In this document: piece by piece, positions 56,270 through 64,000 of the stretch
Position numbering within the stretch: the stretch's first letter is position 1
Layout: each line of letters begins with the position of its first letter
IMG/VR virus record: IMGVR_UViG_3300021375_001810
DNA: 64,000 nt
DNA from: a virus
Reading direction: 5' to 3' (one strand)
Notes under the pieces: generated by a model
Told to the model about the DNA's origin: nothing
Databases searched by the model: none
What the model saw: the letters and a program-made list of their open reading frames with translations, nothing else
Made by a program: the position numbers and the translations under genes

Positions 56270-56833
56270 ATGAAAGAAGGCGTACAAGTCCCGGCAGTTG
56301 ATTTTAAATATAGAGTTAGAACTGACGGACAACCAATTACGTTTGTAGATACATCAAACGGTCAAGCAAATCCATTTGAATGGAAAACTGTTACGTCATC
56401 AGAAATTTTTGATGGAAAAAGAGTTGTAGTATTTTCACTACCCGGTGCATTTACTCCAACATGTAGTACATACCAAGTACCAGGATTTGAAGAACTATAT
56501 GATCAAATTCGTAACTTAGACGTAGACGAAATTTATGTTGTTAGTGTTAACGACACATTTGTTATGCGTAAGTGGATGATTGATCAAGACGTAAAGAATA
56601 TTAAATTTATTCCAGACGGAGCAGGTGAGTTTACTCAAATGATGGGTATGCTTGTTTGTAAACCTGAGCAAGGCTTTGGTAATAGATCGTGGCGTTATGC
56701 AATGGTAGTTAAAAATGGCGTAGTAGAAAAGTTCTTTGAAGAGCCAGGACGTAACAATCATAGTGACGACAATGATCCATACGGTGAAACAGATCCGAAA
56801 AAAGTATTAGAGTATTTAAAGACTGTTGCCTAA
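56270..56833 (+). CDS. peroxiredoxin (Prx5-type)
   Basis: PGAFTPTCS, VSVND.FVM..W, RSWRY. Confidence 0.93.
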   Translation: MKEGVQVPAVDFKYRVRTDGQPITFVDTSNGQANPFEWKTVTSSEIFDGKRVVVFSLPGAFTPTCSTYQVPGFEELYDQIRNLDVDEIYVVSVNDTFVMRKWMIDQDVKNIKFIPDGAGEFTQMMGMLVCKPEQGFGNRSWRYAMVVKNGVVEKFFEEPGRNNHSDDNDPYGETDPKKVLEYLKTVA

Positions 56834-57376
56834 ATGAAAGTACATGAATTATATGATTGGGGTAATCTAATTACACCAGATCAGCGATTCGAAATGTGTA
56901 AAGATATTAGTAATCTTATTGCACAGGGAAAGTACTGGGATAATAGTCCTCCCTATCAGACTAACGTAAACATCTTTGGCGAGCCAGGAGAACACTGGAC
57001 TAATTTAAAGATGAGTTTTATCTGGAGTTGTTTTGCTTACATGAAACAAGAAAGACAGATAAAGAGCGTTAAGAGTTGGGGATATAGAACTAATATAAAG
57101 ACCCAAGAAAATCGTGATACATATTGGCATCAGCATGATAGACAAGGCTCTACTACAATAAGTGGAGTATACTATTTGCACCTGCCAATAGCAGAGGAAA
57201 ACGATTTAGAAACATCTGGTACAGAACTTGCACCTAATGGAATATCATCTGAGACTTATTATGCTCCATGGCGTAAAGGTAATTGGATGATATTTCCAGG
57301 CAAGACATGGCACCGTCCGGGCATACTAGCGTGTGACGAAGATAGATTTATTGTTGCCGCAGATATGGAGTTTTAA
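56834..57376 (+). CDS. 2OG-Fe(II) oxygenase-like protein
   Basis: WHQH, SGVYYL, IFPG..WH, RFIVAAD. Confidence 0.7.
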   Translation: MKVHELYDWGNLITPDQRFEMCKDISNLIAQGKYWDNSPPYQTNVNIFGEPGEHWTNLKMSFIWSCFAYMKQERQIKSVKSWGYRTNIKTQENRDTYWHQHDRQGSTTISGVYYLHLPIAEENDLETSGTELAPNGISSETYYAPWRKGNWMIFPGKTWHRPGILACDEDRFIVAADMEF

Positions 57377-57528
57377 TGGGTTATCCAACACAAGGTCACA
57401 TAGCTAAAGACGTAGCAGAACTTAAGAAGCTCGTACAAGAGTGCGAATCCGAAATTGATAGAATTAAACAACTAGCCGTAAGAAACGGTGAATTAATTAG
57501 AGAAGTTTTAAAGAAATTGGAATCCTAA
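57376..57528 (+). CDS. 50-aa coiled-coil protein (not in ORF track)
   Basis: TAATG coupling, GGAG SD. Confidence 0.55.
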   Translation: MGYPTQGHIAKDVAELKKLVQECESEIDRIKQLAVRNGELIREVLKKLES

Positions 57529-57531
57529 TGG

Positions 57532-57560
57532 TTGACACAAGAGGTAAGATCAACTATAAT
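57532..57560 (+). promoter_or_regulatory. sigma70 promoter for tRNA
   Basis: Perfect TTGACA-N17-TATAAT. Confidence 0.85.
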
Positions 57561-57575
57561 AATTTTATATTATAC

Positions 57576-57652
57576 GCGGCTGTAGCTCAGCTGGATAGAG
57601 CATTGGTCTACGAAACCAAGGGTCAGGAGTTCGAATCTCTTCAGCCGCGCCA
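57576..57652 (+). tRNA. tRNA-Arg(ACG)
   Basis: Acceptor GCGGCTG/CAGCCGC, anticodon arm TTGGT-CTACGAA-ACCAA, GTTCGAATC T-loop, encoded CCA. Confidence 0.96.
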
Positions 57653-57675
57653 AAGAGTCTTAAGGAGGACCTATT

Positions 57676-58419
57676 ATGGCAAAACGTAGATTTAGAATTG
57701 ATGCCGGTCGATATGGCGGCGAACTTGTAATTGGTAAAATTAATGCTGACTTTGTAGAACACATGCGTGACTATGATGAATCAGATCTTATTGATACTAT
57801 AACAGGGTATGAATGGGAAGATGAAGAAATGGGCATTGCTGATGCACCTAAACCTAAGGATGAATTTTATGCTTGGCATGAGTGCGATGACATTGAACAT
57901 CTAAACAATGCATATGCTGACGGAGGCTTTGTAATTAACGAAGTTCCTGCAGATGGCTCAGATGATTTTAACTGGGACGAAAACGAAATCAATACAGATG
58001 GTTATCATCTGTATGGTAGAGAAGCATATCATGATGATGAACTTCCTGAACCAAGTGATTACCTGTCAGAAGAGGACATTGCAAATATGTTCCCAGTACT
58101 TGTATTCCACAGTGGTGAAAAAGGTGGCTTTGCATCTTACTTTGTAGAAACAGATGGCGAAGACTTTGATCCTAAGAAACTTGCATTTAGTTCTGTCGAA
58201 ACTAACGTTTCAGAAATTATCGAAAATGTATATTACGATAAAGTAGAGCTAGAAGCAGACTATGATTACAACGACACAACAGGCAAAGGATACTATGCAC
58301 AAGTAGGCTATATGAATCCTAAGTATCGTGATGATCCTAATCAATACACAGACGAGTACCTAGAAGAAGAAGGATACTGGGAGTGTTACGAGGACCATTT
58401 GCTAGAGGAAGATGAATAA
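57676..58419 (+). CDS. very acidic hypothetical protein
   Basis: AGGAGG SD; D/E/Y-rich. Confidence 0.8.
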   Translation: MAKRRFRIDAGRYGGELVIGKINADFVEHMRDYDESDLIDTITGYEWEDEEMGIADAPKPKDEFYAWHECDDIEHLNNAYADGGFVINEVPADGSDDFNWDENEINTDGYHLYGREAYHDDELPEPSDYLSEEDIANMFPVLVFHSGEKGGFASYFVETDGEDFDPKKLAFSSVETNVSEIIENVYYDKVELEADYDYNDTTGKGYYAQVGYMNPKYRDDPNQYTDEYLEEEGYWECYEDHLLEEDE

Positions 58420-58427
58420 ATATATGC

Positions 58428-58535
58428 ATGGGTGACACTAAAGAATTCGTGCCGTATTCCTTTTCTAAGGATTTTATATTAGTTTGTTCAATAGGACTTA
58501 ATATAGGATTTATAGTAGGTTTACTTTTATTATAA
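58428..58535 (+). CDS. 35-aa leaderless membrane peptide (not in ORF track)
   Basis: TAAATA 58417 then ATG; hydrophobic C-terminus. Confidence 0.45.
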   Translation: MGDTKEFVPYSFSKDFILVCSIGLNIGFIVGLLLL

Positions 58536-58550
58536 TTGGAGACAAAATTA

Positions 58551-58778
58551 ATGTCAGATAAAAACGTATATGAATTTAAAGCAGAGGATATCTTTGAAGA
58601 TATTAAAGATGATCCAAACAATGTGCTAATGAATATTCCACCAGAGATATCTGAAAAGATGGGCTGGAAGGAAGGTGACGTTTTAGATATTAAACTCATG
58701 CATGACACCAAATCAATATCAATTAAGAAAATAGAAGATGCTGATGATTTGATTCCTAATTTGGAGAAAGATGTCTAA
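58551..58778 (+). CDS. AbrB/MazE-like DNA-binding domain protein
   Basis: [20 protein letters not shown]. Confidence 0.75.
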   Translation: MSDKNVYEFKAEDIFEDIKDDPNNVLMNIPPEISEKMGWKEGDVLDIKLMHDTKSISIKKIEDADDLIPNLEKDV

Positions 58779-58986
58779 AGACGGATTACTAGAGTTAGAG
58801 GGTAAAATATTACAAGTTTTACCCAATCAAATTTACAAAGTTGAACTTGAAAACGGACACGTAATAACTTGTTATACAGGTGGTAGATTGCGTAAGAACA
58901 AGATCCGAATGATATTGAACGACAAAGTTAGGGTAGAAATGACCCCATACGATCTGTCCAAAGGACGAATTACCTTTAGATTATAA
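58771..58986 (+). CDS. infA: translation initiation factor IF-1
   Basis: [41 protein letters not shown]. Confidence 0.96.
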   Translation: MSKDGLLELEGKILQVLPNQIYKVELENGHVITCYTGGRLRKNKIRMILNDKVRVEMTPYDLSKGRITFRL

Positions 58987-58987
58987 G

Positions 58988-59016
58988 TTGACATCAGTAG
59001 TATATGATGCTATAAT
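58988..59016 (+). promoter_or_regulatory. sigma70 promoter
   Basis: Perfect TTGACA-N17-TATAAT with TGn. Confidence 0.85.
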
Positions 59017-59045
59017 ATACATATAACCTAAAAAAGAAGGCGTGT

Positions 59046-59480
59046 ATGTTTATTACAGTTACAGGTGGCAAACCTAATCAACGCAAATATGTAGAGAGCA
59101 TGGCAGAGTTTTGTGTTAAAACTTTAATGCCTCGTATGCGTACTCTTGAAATTACTGTAAAACTGAAGAAGCCCAAAGACGCTATGGGGTATTGCCTAGA
59201 AGGTGATAGCAATAGAGAGTTTGAAATAGAACTTGATTGTACTCAAAAATTACGTCCTTTATTAGAAACACTTGCTCACGAGATGGTTCACGTTAAACAG
59301 TTTGCTCGTAGAGAGTTGCATCCTTCAACAGACACATGGTATGGTAAAACATATAATCCTAAGAAAATCAGTTACTGGGACCTTCCATGGGAAATAGAAG
59401 CACACGGTAGAGAGTGTGGCTTGTTTATCCGTTGGGCTGAAGAAAAAGGTTTTGCCAAATATAAGTGGACACAGTTATAG
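59046..59480 (+). CDS. HExxH zinc metallopeptidase-like protein
   Basis: TLAHEMVHVKQ; PWEIEA. Confidence 0.82.
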   Translation: MFITVTGGKPNQRKYVESMAEFCVKTLMPRMRTLEITVKLKKPKDAMGYCLEGDSNREFEIELDCTQKLRPLLETLAHEMVHVKQFARRELHPSTDTWYGKTYNPKKISYWDLPWEIEAHGRECGLFIRWAEEKGFAKYKWTQL

Positions 59481-60628
59481 TGGACATTGAAACTTATTAC
59501 AATCATATTTGCAAAGAATGGAATGTTAATCCAACCACAGATGTGTACACAGGGTACGAACATGTACACGACAAACTAACATCTTACTCAAAAGAGCAAT
59601 GGAGTTCTGCAGACGAAGCAGGCAAGCAAAAGATAGAAGATGAAATATTTGATATCTATCGAAGTGTAAATGTTATCCCAATTACATACTTTAGTCTTGA
59701 AGGTTGTAAAAAAGAATTAAAAAAAATAAGCCTAAAACATCATAAAGTAGTAGATGATAAAATTGCTGTGGGCAATACAGCAGGACAGAACTTTAGTAGA
59801 TTTTGGTTTCCTAATATGCAAGAAGCATACTCTAGAAATGATAAGATGGTTAGTATGCGAGCAAGGTTCTATGACGACAAAAGATTAAAAAGAGCTATCT
59901 CTTTTTGCTTTAAATACAGAGACGAGGGTAGTAATAGTGTACTACCTGCCAACATTAGAAGAGCGTTAGATCTAGTTAGCGGAGGAACTATTGCTAACTT
60001 TAAGCCTATGAATGCTAGAGCTGTATACGAATACATATGCCCTACCTTTATGGGTAACGTATTGGACTTTAGTTCAGGTTACGGCGGACGCATGTTAGGC
60101 GGGCTTACAAGTAATCTAAGATACCACTACACAGGCATTGACCCTAATACTAAAACGTATAACGGTCTTGTAGCATTGGGCGAACTTATGACTAGTTTAG
60201 GACTAGGTAGCGGATATGAAATGCACCATTTACCAAGTGAACAGTTTACACCTAAACCTGGATACTATGATGCCGCATTTAGTAGCCCACCGTACTTTAA
60301 TTTAGAAACTTATACTGACGAGCCTACACAATGCATGAACAGTTGTTCTAATCTAGATCAGTGGTTTGAACACTATGTTACGCCCACTATACAAATGTTA
60401 CACACAGCTCTTGCTAAAGACGGACTGTATGCTGTAAACATAGCAGACTATAAAGATGGCAAAGAAGAATTTAAAATTGTTGATCGCTGGAAAGAACTTA
60501 GCGAAAGTATAGGGTTCAAGTATGTTAAGCAACTAGATATGTTGTTGAACGTCCGACCAGGTGTAGGCAATAATAAATTAGAAAATAGTTATAAGTCCGA
60601 AGGCATTTATATTTTCAAAAAGACTTGA
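59465..60628 (+). CDS. amino (N4-C/N6-A) DNA methyltransferase
   Basis: SAM motif LDFSSGYGGR, GIDPN, catalytic SPPY. Confidence 0.85.
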   Translation: MDTVIVDIETYYNHICKEWNVNPTTDVYTGYEHVHDKLTSYSKEQWSSADEAGKQKIEDEIFDIYRSVNVIPITYFSLEGCKKELKKISLKHHKVVDDKIAVGNTAGQNFSRFWFPNMQEAYSRNDKMVSMRARFYDDKRLKRAISFCFKYRDEGSNSVLPANIRRALDLVSGGTIANFKPMNARAVYEYICPTFMGNVLDFSSGYGGRMLGGLTSNLRYHYTGIDPNTKTYNGLVALGELMTSLGLGSGYEMHHLPSEQFTPKPGYYDAAFSSPPYFNLETYTDEPTQCMNSCSNLDQWFEHYVTPTIQMLHTALAKDGLYAVNIADYKDGKEEFKIVDRWKELSESIGFKYVKQLDMLLNVRPGVGNNKLENSYKSEGIYIFKKT

Positions 60629-60653
60629 CACTTAGTAGACTAGGTGTTATATT
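60625..60653 (+). promoter_or_regulatory. sigma70 promoter
   Basis: TTGACA-N17-TATATT with TGn. Confidence 0.7.
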
Positions 60654-60658
60654 AATAG

Positions 60659-60722
60659 AGTAGTCCAGTAATTCGTTACGCAACTACTTAAACTTAACGC
60701 CCCAGTATTTCGATACGCAGGC
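60659..60722 (+). repeat. tandem UUCG hairpins with shared CCA/GCA internal loop
   Basis: CCAGTAATTCGTTACGCA and CCAGTATTTCGATACGCA, each closed by a different outer stem. Confidence 0.8.
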
Positions 60723-60738
60723 ATATTTGGAGAAGAAC

Positions 60739-61842
60739 ATGAAAGTTAAACCTTATAATCGTCAGACTGAAATCAATAAGTTTCTGGCAAAATATAAAAC
60801 CCCATTCGAAATGAAAGACGATGCTATTGACACTCGTACAATGGCGGACAATTACGAAAACGGAATAATTCCACTACAAGATATTGCTGAAGCAATTGAC
60901 GTAGTATTAGGTCCACAAAAGAAACCAAACAACCCTGATCCGTTTGATCCTAAAGTAGGTATTGTAAAGTTTGGATATGTAGAATGGACAGATTGCTACT
61001 TATGGCCTAGGTTCCAACGAGATGTAGCACCTAATCATTTATATAAAATTGAACTAGATTTTGAACATACATCTGTGTTACTGCCTACAGCAATTTTAGT
61101 TGACGGTATGTATATGCTTTGGGACGGACATCATACAGCACAGGAAATGAAACGTCAAAACTATACTAGCATTCCTATGTGGTATATTGACACCGCAATG
61201 ATTACAGATGAAACTGTAGAAGAAGCAGGATTTACTGACAGAGTAGAATATGCTGTTTGGCTTGCTGGACAAAACATGATTCGTATTAATAGTCGTAACA
61301 AACGTAAGTTACATGCATATGACGAATTTATGATTTTGCTTGAAACTAAAGACGGTCCTACAACAGCAATGTATAATATTTTAAAAGCAGCAGGATTTGT
61401 TCCAAAGCGTAATGCAAACACACCAAATGCATTTAGTCAGATTAAAAGTGGACAGACAATTTTTGAAATGTCAGATGACTACGGAGTAAAAGGCAAATAC
61501 TTTAAACGTGCATTAGCATTTCATAACAAGACTTGGAAAAAGGCAGCCGCAGAACTTGAAGTTTGGAGACCTATTGCATTGTTGTATAAAATGGCAGAAG
61601 TAGAAAGTTTTGTTATTGATGAAGAATTTGATAAAGAACTAGGTAAACTGTTTATTCAAGAATGGGGAGATCCTGCATCAGTACAACTTGGTCTTAAGGA
61701 ACAGTATGATAATGCGTTACATACTAAAGGGTTTACTAATCCAAGAGACCACGATCAATGGCGTGTGTATGATGCTATTGTGAACTTATATAATAGTAAA
61801 GTTGGTCGTATACAACTTCCGCAAGCACAGTGTAGGTGGTAA
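60739..61842 (+). CDS. ParB/Srx-like N-terminal domain protein
   Basis: FQR...P...Y.LWDGHHT motif. Confidence 0.6.
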   Translation: MKVKPYNRQTEINKFLAKYKTPFEMKDDAIDTRTMADNYENGIIPLQDIAEAIDVVLGPQKKPNNPDPFDPKVGIVKFGYVEWTDCYLWPRFQRDVAPNHLYKIELDFEHTSVLLPTAILVDGMYMLWDGHHTAQEMKRQNYTSIPMWYIDTAMITDETVEEAGFTDRVEYAVWLAGQNMIRINSRNKRKLHAYDEFMILLETKDGPTTAMYNILKAAGFVPKRNANTPNAFSQIKSGQTIFEMSDDYGVKGKYFKRALAFHNKTWKKAAAELEVWRPIALLYKMAEVESFVIDEEFDKELGKLFIQEWGDPASVQLGLKEQYDNALHTKGFTNPRDHDQWRVYDAIVNLYNSKVGRIQLPQAQCRW

Positions 61843-61843
61843 A

Positions 61844-62254
61844 ATGAAATTTCTATATCTAATGAAAGATCCGCTTGGCGCCAAGGCTTGTAAAATTGGT
61901 ATTACAAGTGTAACAAAGGCAAAGGTAAGACTAGGTGTTTACCAAAACAGTTATAGTTCTGAAAGTCATATGGCAACTTTTGATTACTTATGGTATGGTA
62001 AGAACAGTCCGATTGCTCGTTTAGAAGGTGTCCTAAAAGATACTTTCGGCTATGCTATTACAATGGAGGGTAGAGGTTTTTCAGAATGGATATCTGAGCC
62101 GCCAGTAGTTATCTTAGAAAAGATAAAAGAAACTATTGAAGACTATCATTTTCATGTATATGAAGCAGGCAAAAATCATAACATTTATACACTAGATGAT
62201 GTAATAAATCAGTTGACAGTAACCGGAAAAGGTGCTATAATTAAACATAATTAG
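61844..62254 (+). CDS. GIY-YIG/T5orf172-like protein
   Basis: FLYLM...KIGIT...RL..YQ...LE...SEW. Confidence 0.6.
   Translation: MKFLYLMKDPLGAKACKIGITSVTKAKVRLGVYQNSYSSESHMATFDYLWYGKNSPIARLEGVLKDTFGYAITMEGRGFSEWISEPPVVILEKIKETIEDYHFHVYEAGKNHNIYTLDDVINQLTVTGKGAIIKHN
62213..62241 (+). promoter_or_regulatory. sigma70 promoter
   Basis: Perfect TTGACA-N17-TATAAT with TGn. Confidence 0.8.
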
Positions 62255-62275
62255 GCAAACAGATAGAGGCACACA

Positions 62276-63016
62276 ATGTACGTAACAGCAAAACCAAGTT
62301 ACTCTCGTAAGACTTTTAATCATAAGGATCGTGTCCCGTTGCGAACAGTACCTACACAAGAAGCACTTGCTTATGCTTGTGCCGCACAGCGTATTAATGG
62401 TTCTTATGTTAAGGACACTAGACGCTTTTCAGAACAAGAAAACAAAACACAATTTGCTAACAAAGAGATTGTTAAGTTTGCATTTGCTAGTACTGACAAT
62501 CCTACGCCTGATGACTTCACTAAGCCTACACCTACTGAACAAGACTACGAGATGGTAGCAGAGATTCAAAAATGGATGCGTCGATATGTAATGCTAGGGT
62601 TAGGTGACCTTGATGAGTTTAAACGTGATATGGTTAATAGTGTATCACAAGATACTGTAGCATTTAATAATTTAGGTCGTATTGCATTTATACCTGAATT
62701 TGTAAATCGTGATAAACATGAAACAGGATTGACTAAAGACATCCGTGTTGAGTATCGTGACTCACAATACTTAGGTAATGAAAAAGATGTAGTTGAAGGT
62801 GTAATTAAAATCCTTGACAAACGTTTTAGTAGTCAGTGGGAGAGCTATAACTACACAGCAGTTATGGACGGCAACCTTGTTAGTTTTATGAACAAGTTTG
62901 AACATGAAATAGGTACGATGAAACGTATCAAAGCAAAAGTTAAAGCACAAACAAAAAATAAATTGTTTAGTGCAAATGAAACTAGACTTAATTACGTTAA
63001 ACTCTATAAGGTGTAA
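62276..63016 (+). CDS. hypothetical protein with C-terminal OB-fold-like region
   Basis: SQYLG...IKAKVK...TRLNYVK pattern. Confidence 0.7.
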   Translation: MYVTAKPSYSRKTFNHKDRVPLRTVPTQEALAYACAAQRINGSYVKDTRRFSEQENKTQFANKEIVKFAFASTDNPTPDDFTKPTPTEQDYEMVAEIQKWMRRYVMLGLGDLDEFKRDMVNSVSQDTVAFNNLGRIAFIPEFVNRDKHETGLTKDIRVEYRDSQYLGNEKDVVEGVIKILDKRFSSQWESYNYTAVMDGNLVSFMNKFEHEIGTMKRIKAKVKAQTKNKLFSANETRLNYVKLYKV

Positions 63017-63017
63017 C

Positions 63018-63632
63018 ATGATTCGGTTACAAGGTAAATTGCCTTATTACTTGCATGTAGCATGTTCCGGCGGTGTCGACAGTATGGCTATTGCTGACTT
63101 TTTGTCTAACAATCATCATACTAATATTTTGTTTTTTGATCATCAAACTGAAACTAGTAAAGAAGCATATAGGTTTATTGCTCATTATGTTGGTGAAAAG
63201 AAAATGGGTATTTTATATGGCAAGCCTCGCTATTCAAAAGAGAAGAGTCAAAGTTGGGAAGAGTATTGGCGCACTGAAAGATATCATTTCTTTCATAGTG
63301 TAGATGCACCTGTTGTAACAGCACATCATTTAGATGATTGTGTAGAAACTTGGTTATGGAGTAGTATGCATGGTAAAGGAAAAATTATTCCGTATAGGAA
63401 TCGTAATGTTGTTCGTCCTTTTCGCCTTACCCGCAAACGGGATTTAGAACTTTGGTGCAATCTTAAAAATGTACCTTATATTAACGATGAAACTAACAAA
63501 GATACTCGTTACATACGTAATTATATTAGACATGAAATGATGCCACATGCACTTCGTGTAAATCCAGGTATTCACAAAACAATTTTTAAGAAGGTAAAAC
63601 AAGATGAACATTCAACACCAATCACTGTTTGA
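63018..63632 (+). CDS. tilS: TilS-like PP-loop ATPase (catalytic domain only)
   Basis: ACSGGVDS, RY, TAHHLDD.VET, RP, DETN, RNYIRH. Confidence 0.85.
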   Translation: MIRLQGKLPYYLHVACSGGVDSMAIADFLSNNHHTNILFFDHQTETSKEAYRFIAHYVGEKKMGILYGKPRYSKEKSQSWEEYWRTERYHFFHSVDAPVVTAHHLDDCVETWLWSSMHGKGKIIPYRNRNVVRPFRLTRKRDLELWCNLKNVPYINDETNKDTRYIRNYIRHEMMPHALRVNPGIHKTIFKKVKQDEHSTPITV

Positions 63633-64000
63633 CATAGCACAGTTAGAAGAACACTATTCAAACAAAGACGGCGTACCAGTAAAGTATGTTTGTACTTCAG
63701 ACTTGCGTGTAAGTGATATTCCTATGGATATTTTTTATAGAGAAACGCCACATCCTGAGTTTGGTAATTATTACTTTGGTGTGTACAAACATCCAGTAAC
63801 TAAAGATATTTTTATTACAAACGCAGATGAGATAGAGTCACTTGAGTTTGGCATGATTGAACACGAAGGTAAGTACTATTACAGTCAGTCACATCACGAT
63901 TACAAATCTATAGGTGGCAAAATGATTGATGGTGGAAGAGCGTATATTAGGAGTAGCGGCGGCGCTGTTACAATGCATATAAAAAATGGAAAGTTTTATA
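63604..64000 (+). CDS. hypothetical protein (partial)
   Basis: Open frame MNIQHQ...SHHDY...IDGGRAYIR runs to the window end. Confidence 0.7.
   Translation, partial: MNIQHQSLFDIAQLEEHYSNKDGVPVKYVCTSDLRVSDIPMDIFYRETPHPEFGNYYFGVYKHPVTKDIFITNADEIESLEFGMIEHEGKYYYSQSHHDYKSIGGKMIDGGRAYIRSSGGAVTMHIKNGKFY

Noticed and set aside
57565-57762. 65-aa minus-strand ORF
   Set aside because: Antisense shadow of tRNA-Arg.
1-64000. Bacterial chromosome origin, suggested by many housekeeping genes
   Set aside because: T4-type late promoters, PAAR and tail genes, and isolated single-pathway genes indicate a large phage.

Overview
A 64-kb, AT-rich, gene-dense segment of a large T4-like (myovirus-type) phage genome, probably marine and infecting an alphaproteobacterium (circularly permuted two-piece tmRNA, DUF1127 gene, heme oxygenase plus bilin reductase pair). 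Two promoter classes recur: near-consensus sigma70 (TTGACA-N17-TATAAT) and T4-type late (TAAATA). Contents: nucleotide metabolism (prs, nrdAB, glutaredoxin, glyA, guaC, HAD phosphatase); virion genes (a cluster of probable internal head proteins, a 3639-aa tail/fibre protein, PAAR); translation and stress genes (bS21, IF-1, TilS-like, tRNA-Arg, tmRNA, Hsp20, ClpS, peroxiredoxin, NifU-C); envelope genes (three beta-barrel-like proteins, two permeases, lipoproteins, cell-wall hydrolase). The best candidate for an undescribed system is a late-expressed locus csgF-csgG-curlin-like-FecR-curlin-like followed by a CHASE2 class III cyclase, which could be a phage-encoded trans-envelope sensing and cyclic-nucleotide signalling apparatus. 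Also notable: several repeated 5'-leader RNA hairpin motifs with compensatory base changes, a probable -1 frameshift, and an apparently virion-packaged nucleotidyltransferase plus ligase-fold pair. All calls are from manual motif recognition; no database searches were run.
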